Assembly (NCBI GenBank): GCA_024626585.2
Contig: JANKJI020000002.1
Location: forward strand, 10,441,612-10,460,108
Length of the DNA stretch: 18,497 nucleotides
DNA from: Ginkgo biloba
Lineage: Eukaryota > Plantae > Ginkgophyta
Direction of reading: 5' to 3'
Positions 1 to 9,431 of this stretch are shown piece after piece. Position 1 is the stretch's first letter. The number at the start of each line of letters is the position of its first letter. Both the position numbers and the translations under genes were made by a program. The notes beneath the pieces were generated by a model. It was not told the origin of the DNA and ran no database searches. It saw only the letters and a list, made by a program, of their open reading frames with translations.

Positions 1-59
1 TTACAAATTGATTTACAAGAGACACTTCCTCTTATACGTGATCATTTTTAGGAAGGAAA

Positions 60-1300
60 CACCATTTTAGATGATAAAACCATAGATATATACTTGAAAC
101 TTGACCCAAACCTAAAGATAACTAAAATTCGGGCCAACTACTTCCAATTTGAGGTCAAAGAGCATAATTTATTATTCTAAGAATATTCCTATATGTTTTT
201 CTTCAAATTAATTTTATATGAAGGTATATAAATGTAACCTGACACAAGATCTATTTGTCAAAAGTTACATCCTATGGATCTTAAAGTATCAGTTATTGTG
301 AATAAAGAATAGTTATGGATCAATGTTGTGTTCATAACACTTAGTGATTATACATAGTGGGTATCCAGTATAGTTTATTAATGAAGAAAAATGGTTTAAT
401 TAGAGTATGCATTGATTTTTGCAATATTGATGAAGTGAGTCCTAAGGATAATTTTCCTTTACCCTTCATTAATAAATTTATAAATCACACTATTGGGATT
501 GATCTCATGTCACTCATGGATGGATTCTCTATATATAACCAAATTCTCATATCTCTATAGGATTGCCATAAAACCTCATTTATGACACCTTAGGGAACAT
601 TTTCCTACAATATTATGACTTTTTAACTTAAGAATGTTAGATAAAATCCTTAAAGGTTTATGATCTTTGTATTACATGACCTCATAAATTATATCATATA
701 AGTATATTTTGATGATCTCCTTAATTTTTTAATAAAATATAATAATCCCTTTAATTATCCATGATATTTATTTAAGATGTATAGAAAGTATTGCATAATC
801 ATAAAACCTCTTAAATATTTTTATAAAATCATACTTGAGAATATTTTAAATTATATTACTTGACATAGAGGAATAGAGGTTGACCTAAAACAACTTAGGG
901 TTATCCTTGAAAATCTTCATCCCCAATCACCAACAAAACTCAAGGTATTCTTAATAAAATTTGGATTCCTAAGGAGGTTTTTGGTTGATTTATCTTTGAA
1001 AGATAAACCATTAACCAACCTCCTTAAAAACCATGTCATATTATAGTGGTTTTAAAAATATTAAGAACCCTTTGAACAAATAAAACAATCTTGTATTTTC
1101 ACTCAAATTGTAATAGCACTATATTTTTATAAGTAATTTATCCTCTGCACATCAACTATTGATTCCTTACTTAGGGGTATGCTCGTACAAGAGGAAAAAA
1201 ATAGAAAATAAACAAATTTACTCTATAATTTAAATTTTGATATATTATGAGATCAATTATTAATGGGTTAAAAAATAATTCCTTTGGTTGGTATTTACAA
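60..1300 (+). pseudogene. Degenerate Ty3/gypsy pol fragment (reverse transcriptase and start of RNase H), Tat/Ogre (non-chromovirus) type
   Basis: Translation through stops: WVSSIV..KKNGLIRVCIDF..PKDNFPLPFI..LMSLMDGFSIYNQI..DCHKTSFMTP*GTFSY..LHDLI..VYFDDL (YxDD at 705-716)..HRGIEVD..FLRRF..KPLTNLLK..FILCTS..GMLVQ. The PKDNFPLP, MDGFSGYNQI and TPWGTFCY-like signatures are typical of Tat/Ogre RTs. Many stops and frameshifts; runs into the gap at 1393. Confidence 0.9.
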
Positions 1301-2055
1301 ATAATAAAGTAAGGAAATATCTTCTCATCTAATAGACATATGTTATAGCCCAATTAGATCCACTTAGGTTCAAATTCAATAAACTTAATCTTNNNNNNNN
1401 NNNNNNNNNNNNNNNNNNNNNNNNNNNNNNNNNNNNNNNNNNNNNNNNNNNNNNNNNNNNNNNNNNNNNNNNNNNNNNNNNNNNNNNNNNNNTAAGCACA
1501 TATGCTAGGTTGAGATAATGTCTCCCAATTTTAGAGAAAGGAAATAATTATGCTCCAAAAGTTACTATAAGAAGCTTTGAATTTGTAAGGTTATCTTTCA
1601 CCTCTTAAGAGAGTTCTGATGATAAAGAGAATTTTTTCTAAGAACACAAACATAGGAGATGATGATAAAAGGATGTAGAGAGTGATACATGTTTGAATAT
1701 TTTCAAGATTGAGAGTTATGCACTAAAGTAGACTCATATCCAATTTATAGTAGTAGGAAATATGTGGAAATTAAAAACATATACCAAGTGAAAAAATGTG
1801 TTCCTTATTACCTAATGGACACCCTCTCTTATTTGAAAATCCCTATCTAAATGCTTTATTGTGGTTGTAGATTCCTCATTAGGGTCACTCAAAAAATATG
1901 TCCAAAGTGCTCTGAATGAATTTGAGTTTGAGATGATTTAAGGGTGTCCCAACAAGGTGAAGGAAAATTGGAGGTGTGGTGTGGTCATATCTCCTAGTTC
2001 ACATTCTTGTCAATCGATAATAATATTATCTTATAAGTTTTATAACTAAAGGGGA

Positions 2056-2656
2056 TGTAGACTTTCTCCTATGCAAGTATTTATTTTTTATTCAATCCAA
2101 ATGTTTCATCAAATTTATGATCTTGGTTTTTTTGCATATGTAGCATGCTTTCCTTTTCAACCCTTATTTACTCTTCTTTATTATAACTACTTCTAAATGT
2201 GGTGTTGAGATTTATGTTCTAAATGCAAGTGCAATGGAGCAACTAGATTCCACTAGTTGTAATTCCCTTCTTTAACCACTGGATCAAACCCTCTTATGCA
2301 TGAAGAGAATCTAAGGATGAATTATATGATAGTCCGTCTACTTATTCCTATGAGAATTCCTTCTTCCATAACTGTCTAATTAGGAAAATGACTGAGAGGT
2401 GACCTCCTTCTACGATGTGTGACCTAATTCAAAGTAATATTATTATTATTATTCTATTTTATTCTAGTGTTCCTTTAATACCTATATGTATGATCATTGA
2501 TTACTATAATTATGACTAAGTTCATAGGTATTCTTTGGTTATTCCATCACTTCCCATAATATCATTTTAATATATAATATTTAATTGGGTGTTGAGATGA
2601 ATTTGGTTTGGTGTATGCGTTTATAAATGCCTTGAGTGAAAATTTTATATAACACA
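2056..2656 (+). mobile_element. Possible 3' LTR remnant of an unidentified LTR retrotransposon
   Basis: A purine tract AAAGGGGA (2048-2055) lies directly before TGTAGAC (2056), and the segment ends in AAAATTTTATATAACACA (to 2656). No partner LTR or TSD was found. Confidence 0.3.
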
Positions 2657-4488
2657 ATGTTGCTTCCAACTTTCAGTAATNNNNNNNNNNNNNNNNNNNN
2701 NNNNNNNNNNNNNNNNNNNNNNNNNNNNNNNNNNNNNNNNNNNNNNNNNNNNNNNNNNNNNNNNNNNNNNNNNNNNNNNNTGTAAATCCTAACTTAGTTG
2801 CTAATTATTTTTATTACACATTTTTTAGTCTATTGTATGTAGATAATAAGTGAGAATTTTATTCAAAAAAAATATATATCTTCAAATAATTTTTTTTATT
2901 GAATTTATAAGAAATAAAATTTAAAATAAATAAATTAATGAAAAAATTCAATTTATGTAACTTTCACACATAATAACTTGACTAATGACAGAAACAAAAA
3001 ATAAAAAGTAGAATGAAAATTCCATACAATATACCACCTTTTTTTAATTTTTATGTCATTGTGAAAAAATCTACTCTAGTTTAATGGGTTTAGTGTGCCT
3101 TTTTTTATACTATAGAAATCCAATATAAAAATATCAATTCATATTTTCATAGCTCAAGAAAAATATTGCATGGTATCAAAATCCATGTTGATTAGTGGAA
3201 ATTGATGCCTCTACATGTACAAAAAATATGTAGGGAGAAAATTTACGTATTCAAAGTATAATGAACCTTATAATGGAATAATAAGTACTATGTCTGAGTG
3301 AACTATGATTTTGGATTTGTCCTTTATGAGAAAATAAATCATAAGGAGATAATATATGATTCTCTTAGTTCTAGAAAATAAAACATGAAAATTATAAAAA
3401 TAAATACTAAAATTATTCTCAAGTGGAGTATCCAATCTATTGTAAGGGATATATAGAATCCTAATATACCATCCCTAATATCCATCTACTTGCAGGGTAG
3501 TATCCATTCATGACACTTTAAAAGATAAGAAAACTTGGAGAAGGTAAATGTATACCTGCCAATTACTATTTTCTAATTTGAGTTGACGCTTCCTTTAAAT
3601 CTTCATGTGGAATGAGAATTGTATCTTAAACTCTATGTAACTACAAAATGAGAGATAAAAGACAAAGTAAAGTGCCATAAGTTTCAACTCAATGCTCAAA
3701 ATAATAGAAATTGATAGAAAATATTTATAATAAGCTAAATTTCCATTGAATTAAGAATGAGTTACAATAATAGAGAAAATATAATAAAGAGAAGGGAAGA
3801 TATTATGCTACTACTTGTGCTTAATACTAGTTTTATCCTTCATACTAGTTTTGTAGTCTTCTCCAAACATCAAATTCTTCACTAGAAAATTTGACAAAGG
3901 TTTTGTATGTAATAATGTTTCCTCCCATCTTACTTCTTTATGAAGACGTGTTTATATATGCATAGAGAGAAACTTCCATTCCTTAGATTGTTCACATTAT
4001 GAGTGATATTAACCAATATTTTTGGGATTAGATCCCATCTTAACTTACTCCTCCTTTGTGAGTAAAGTAAGGTCCCTTTTATGAACATAATTTACTATTT
4101 TTATTTTGTAATTTGAGCAAATTATTCCCCACTTTTCAAGAAGCTCCATTCTTTTTCCATATAGTGTAGGGAACTTTTCCATGGGAAACCATATGAGAGT
4201 ACTTTACCATTTTTGGTAATATAACACCTAGTGCTCTTAGGTATTTTGTAACCAATTTTTAATGGGAATTTTTTTAGGTATTAATAGATTACCCCTTGAA
4301 GTGTGAGGAAACATGGGATTAGACAGGGAGNNNNNNNNNNNNNNNNNNNNNNNNNNNNNNNNNNNNNNNNNNNNNNNNNNNNNNNNNNNNNNNNNNNNNN
4401 NNNNNNNNNNNNNNNNNNNNNNNNNNNNNNGCTATTACTAAAATCATGTCAAGCACCTCTAAGGTGGTATTGACATTAATGATAGCTA

Positions 4489-4707
4489 GTGGTTGATTAT
4501 TGGCAAGTGATAGTAGAGAAAGTTGAGGTTCCAATACTATTGGATGGTACAAATATGTTGAACCTTGTTGGCATTGAGCTAAAATATGTTGAACCTTGGT
4601 GGTTGATTATTGGCAAGTGATAGCAGAGCAAGTTGAGGTTCCAGTACTATTGGATGGTACAAATATGTTGAAACTTGTTGGAACTGAGCTAAAATATGTT
4701 GAACCTT
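4489..4707 (+). repeat. Tandem duplication, 2 copies, 110-bp period
   Basis: GTGGTTGATTATTGGCAAGTGATAG...AAATATGTTGAACCTT at 4489-4597 and 4599-4707, with 6 mismatches in 109 bp. Each unit carries the 16-mer AAATATGTTGAACCTT (or a 1-mismatch variant) twice. Confidence 0.97.
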
Positions 4708-5282
4708 ATCTCACTGAAGCTATCATAGAATTCCATCCAAATCTTTCTTCACTCCTCAAATACATCTAGAGAAAGATGCCAACATTATCTTTGAGAAAAT
4801 TTGATCATATTTTGCCTCTGAGATTTATGAAAAATTATGTAATCCATATGCCCATCAATGATATGGTTGAATTTAAGATTTTGCTAATAAAATGTTCTAA
4901 GTAACCATGTGATCTACACAAGGGTAAGGATTAGAAGTTTCATGAAGGTTCCAACAACCTTACATGCATAGTTGAATTGGAAGATCTTAGTAGGAAATGG
5001 GAGGTGGTTGTGATTGATGAAATCCAACTGATTGGGGGCACAAAAAGAGGCAAAGCATGGAATCATGTTGTCCTTGGCTTACAAGCCATAGAGATCCATC
5101 TCAGTGGAGGTCTGAGTGCTTTGCACATGGTCAAGAATATTACCAATCCTGGAATAAACTATCTAGCCTACAGTTGGATGGGTCCCACTGTTGACTAATG
5201 CTAGAATCTGATTGACGGAAAATGGGGTTGTGGAAATGTCATTGTTTCTAGAATTACAATAATTTTTCAATTAAATAGATGA
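4599..5282 (+). pseudogene. SUV3: SUV3-like (organellar DExH-type ATP-dependent RNA helicase) gene fragment
   Basis: Frame starting at 4599 reads *PCDLHKGKD*KFHEGSNNLTCIVELEDLSRKWEVVVIDEIQLIGGTKRGKAWNHVVLGLQAIEIHLSGGLSALHMVKNI (4902-5140). This matches the Suv3 pattern PCxLxTGQE..CTVEM..YEVAVIDEIQ..RGxAWTxALLGLxAxEIHLCG, with DEIQ at 5016-5027. Only 3 internal stops (4767, 4902, 4932) occur between 4599 and 5195. The boundaries outside 4905-5160 are less certain. Confidence 0.85.
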
Positions 5283-6070
5283 TGACGCATGCTAGTATCT
5301 CGTGCACATGGGCGTGAGGGTAAAGCATGGGAGTGGAATGAAAGAGATTCTAAGATCAAAGCTCAGAGTTGTTGGAATTGTGGTTTTGCTGCAATTCTAG
5401 GAATGGAATTGTAACAAAAAATTTCACTAGAAATTTTTGTGCTCGAAAAATGGTGTGCCTCAATATTTAATCACCACACAACTGTAGTTTAGATAGTTTG
5501 CTCCACCAATCCTATGTGAAAACAATAGTTACAATGCATGTTTAAAATCTGTGTGCCAACCCTAAGGTACAATAAAACTACCATTTGAAAGAAGTACCTA
5601 TATATTTGAAGAGATGTTGGAATGCTAATAAAAATGGGTTAGTCTACCTTGTTGCAATCAACACTTTGATATGTCATATTTATATGGGGCCAACCAAAAA
5701 TACAAAGCAATATGTTTTTTTGTAAAGTTCATCGATACCTTGTGACTATGATGACAACTACCAATTATGATGTGTGTGGGTGATCATTAATGGGGGAATT
5801 TTTTCTAGAAATGATTCATTATTATTTACAAAAAATAAAAATATGTATGTGACTATTAAGCATGTTGAAAATATATACATATAGTCTAAAATGATTGACC
5901 CCCAAAATGAAATTATACAAGAACGGTTTTAGAATTGTCCAACACCCTAAGAATGTATAAAGAGTTGACATGGAGGTCATCCATTGTAGAGGTCTATGCT
6001 AGAGGGAGGCCTAAAAACATATATGATTCTTACTTTTATATACAATAGTACATGCATACATGCATGCACA

Positions 6071-8774
6071 TATACTATATATTAAAAATATGACTTCTAA
6101 AAAAAATGCATCCATCCATTTAAAATATACACCAATCCAATCAAAGTATAAATGCGAATCCAAGATAAATATGTTACCAATACTAATATATTACTATATA
6201 ATTATAAAAACCCATGTCTCTTCGAACCCCACATTAAAAAAAAAAAAAAACCCAATTACAAAATAATCTANNNNNNNNNNCTTAAAAATAAAAATAAAAT
6301 CTCTAACCGATCACCCCCTTATTAATGAATGTACGGTATCTTCTAATATCGAATAACAACATGTAAATAGAAATTGGTTAAATAATTATTAAATATCAAA
6401 TATTATATTAAATTAATAAAAAAACATTAATAAGAACTTGATCGAATCAACTCTATATATCAATATTAAATGCATTTAAGATTTGATGGNNNNNNNNNNN
6501 NNNNNNNNNNNNNNNNNNNNNNNNNNNNNNNNNNNNNNNNNNNNNNNNNNNNNNNNNNNNNNNNNNNNNNNNNNNNNNNNNNNNNNNNNNNNNNNNNNNN
6601 NNNNNNNNNNNNNNNNNNNNNNNNNNNNNNNNNNNNNNNNNNNNNNNNNNNNNNNNNNNNNNNNNNNNNNNNNNNNNNNNNNNNNNNNNNNNNNNNNNNN
6701 NNNNNNNNNNNNNNNNNNNNNNNNNNNNNNNNNNNNNNNNNNNNNNNNNAGGATAGCTTTAAAAACCCTTTGTTCTTTGACTTCCACTTTTCATAAATGG
6801 TCACCTTGACCTTCACCCACTGCTCCTTGGCTTCCACTTATCATAGTCTTCTCATAGATCCTTCAGACTCGTTGCTCCCTCATTCATAGATCCTTAATCA
6901 ATGGCCTCCACTTGACCCTCGTCTCTCTTTCTCTAACCTTTATCCTTCACCTATGGCACACCTTCCCTTTGCTTTGCCACATTTGTCTCCTAGATCTGTT
7001 CTTCTTCCATGACCCTTAATGGATCTCAATCATTTGGACCTTATGTCCTTCTTCCCTTGTTCCCTCTCACATCTGCCCACTCGACCCCTCTACTCACTCT
7101 CTTCTCCTCTATTCCTTGTCACATCCTCCTAGAATGCACCTACTAATGGAGCTATCCTGCTCCAATTCAACTCCGCATACTACCCATGATCATCTCTCTC
7201 TCCATCTTATCCTTCTCATCTACCTTCACCACCTGGACCTCACATCTTCTTCTAAGTTCTCTTCCTTTGACCTGTTCTCTCGTCGTCTAAGTGCCTCTCT
7301 TATTAGGAGTCCTTTCTTTTGTCTCCTTGGGGTCCCTCTATGCCTCCTCATCTTAGGATTCTCCTCCCATCAAAATTATTCTTGTCACCAACTTATTTTC
7401 CTTACTTGTGCGTTTCTTGCCAAAACTTTAAACTCGCCTACCTCTCTCCTTTGTTCCTAGTTGGTGGAGCATTAAATGAGCCATTCAATTCAGCTATGTA
7501 TAGAATGAATACTTTTGTGTGGGTCACCTACTTGCCATAACGCTAACTGCTTCAAAGCTTAATTTTATTGCCATTTTCTTTTCTCTCATTAGGCACATTG
7601 CTCGTTCACTAAAATCAAGATGAATGACCTAAGCCATTCATTAGCCCATTTTCCTCTACTAAATCCTTTACACCATTCGCCACCTTGTCTTCCTGTTCGC
7701 TGGGTTTGTCGTAATTTGCCAAAACCTTCTGCATTGTTCATCGATATCTATTCCTCATTCGTCAACCTTGGTTTTGCTAAACCTCATCCGTCTTTTAGTG
7801 AACTCCCTTCATCGTCATTGACCACTTTATCCATACTTTGGTCCATTCGTTGACCTCTTTTTTCTATTTGACAAATGACCCTCTTTGACACTAGCTATTC
7901 TTCTTTTCTTCCTCCTTTTCGCTTGTTCATTGNNNNNNNNNNNNNNNNNNNNNNNNNNNNNNNNNNNNNNNNNNNNNNNNNTTTGTTCACTTAACTCAAC
8001 CCACCGATTCCTCAAAATTATGCATAACTGCCTTCACCAAAACTAATTCGGCCAAAATGGATGATGCCCCTACATCACACAAGTAAGGACTAGAATCATA
8101 AAAGAAAGAAAAAGCATGTCTGATCGACCACCTCTTATTAATGAATATAATAATAATCCATCAATATTATTTTGATCAAGTCATTTTAACATGTTAACAT
8201 TAAATACATTAATATATTTGAGTTCAATCAGTGGCATATTTCATATATCATGATAATCTANNNNNNNNNNNNNNNNNNNNNNNNNNNNNNNNNNNNNNNN
8301 NNNNNNNATTAAATACATCAAACACATTTAAAATTTAATGGATGGAAATTATTTACTGCGAATGACCTCTATTTAATAACTAAGCATTTTAATTTCAATG
8401 TTTAAAAATTAATGAATCTTGATAAATTTGCACATAATATGAGGAATTCAATTCAAAAGTGATTAGTTTTATTGATTTCAAAACATAAAGTCCATTTAAC
8501 CACCTCCTTATTAACGAAGACATGATTAAAAAATGCATTTAAGATTTCACGGGTGGCAATTATTTGCCAAAGGTAGGGACTAGTAATAAATTATAAATTA
8601 ATCTAAATGAAAAGTATGTGGATAACTATTTGAATCCATACTTAATTGTTACTGGCTTAATGCTTAATTAAGCCATACTTAATATTAACTATTATTACTT
8701 CAAAATAATATTAAAGTTTTACCAAAGTTTTAATAAAATAATATATCATGGCAATTATTTTCCATGGGTGTGCA

Positions 8775-8778
<4 letters not shown>
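6071..8778 (+). mobile_element. Tandem array of short non-autonomous Helitron-like units, interrupted by an LTR
   Basis: Canonical 3' end at 8554-8583: hairpin TGGCAA-TTAT-TTGCCA, 10-nt spacer, CTAG, then T. Related ends at 8747-8778 (CATGGCAA-TTAT-TTTCCATG..TTAG|T), 8342-8372 (degenerate) and 8078-8093 (split by the LTR). Shared internal motifs CACCYC(Y)TTATTAAYGAA (6312, 8129, 8501) and AAATGCATTTAAGATTT (6468, 8531, variant at 8320). Candidate 5' end A|TATACTATATATTAAAA at 6071 is weak because it lacks the canonical TC. Confidence 0.7.
6750..8077 (-). mobile_element. CRM-family LTR in reverse orientation, probably solo; 3' end lost in gap 6490-6749
   Basis: The reverse complement from 8077 reads TGATGTAGGGGCATCA, versus TGATGTAGGAGCACCA at 9432. 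Further shared blocks with LTR 9432-11402 are AATTTTGAGGAA, GCTAAYRAATRGCTTAGGT and AATGGCAAT..AATTAA. Both flanks belong to the same Helitron-like unit. Confidence 0.85.

Positions 8779-8812
<34 letters not shown>
8779..8812. repeat. (TG)17 microsatellite, followed by degenerate alternating purine-pyrimidine sequence to about 9000
   Basis: Read directly from the sequence. Confidence 0.98.
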
Positions 8813-8817
<5 letters not shown>

Positions 8818-9431
8818 GCATGTGCGTGCATATATGTCACAGGTTTGAACTAGTATGTGTATATATGTGTATACATATGAATGCACACACATATGTGTGC
8901 ATGCGTGTGCATATGTGTTTACATCACCATGTTGGTATGTGTGTGCACTTATATCTAAGAAATTAAGCAACCCTATATATGTGTGTACGCACATATGTGA
9001 ATGCCATCACTGTGTGAGTCACATTGGGTTGGTTATTTATTATGGCTATTATTACTTATCAAGGATTCTCACACTATGAATTCCAACCTGTGCAATGCAT
9101 TAGACATGAACNNNNNNNNNNNNNNNNNNNNNNNNNNNNNNNNNNNNNNNNNNNNNNNNNNNNNNNNNNNNNNNNNNNNNNNNNNNNNNNNNNNNNNNNN
9201 NNNNNNNNNNNGAGACAAGTTATATTATATCTAAATGTATCACCTTATAAGTATGGTTAATGTAAATAATTTTTAATTCTTAAGTCTTATCTTAGGAATA
9301 TTATTTCTAGAATTTATTTCCTAAGTTTGAGATAGGACATTTAATTTGGGCTTGTGAGGTATAAGAGTCTTTTACTCCTTATTTGTCAGTAGTGGTAAGT
9401 AGACATTAGTCTTTTGTAATTAGTGAATTGG

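Noticed and set aside
3166-3180. TTGCA-TGGTATCAAA, a PBS-like site
   Set aside because: No recognisable LTR start upstream or gag downstream, so it cannot be supported beyond an 8-nt match.
3441-4325. Possible minus-strand LTR remnant (TGTAAGGGAT...GGGATTAGACA)
   Set aside because: Terminal repeats match poorly, there is no TSD and no second copy in the window.
5414-5440. Inverted repeat ACAAAAAATTTC-ACTA-GAAATTTTTGT
   Set aside because: Low-complexity A/T arms, plausible by chance in this composition.
6466-6837. ORFs spanning N runs (also 11588-11881, 15220-15540, 16866-17177)
   Set aside because: Their length comes from assembly gaps.
6771-6845. 25-bp imperfect direct repeat with a 50-bp period inside the inverted LTR
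   Set aside because: Real, but an ordinary short LTR-internal duplication with no further signal.
4599-8778. SUV3 fragment as cargo of the adjacent Helitron array
   Set aside because: The best candidate 5' boundary of the array (6071) lies downstream of the fragment, and no upstream Helitron start was identifiable.
8748-9079. ORFs rich in C/V/H/T
   Set aside because: Translations of the (TG)n and RY microsatellite.
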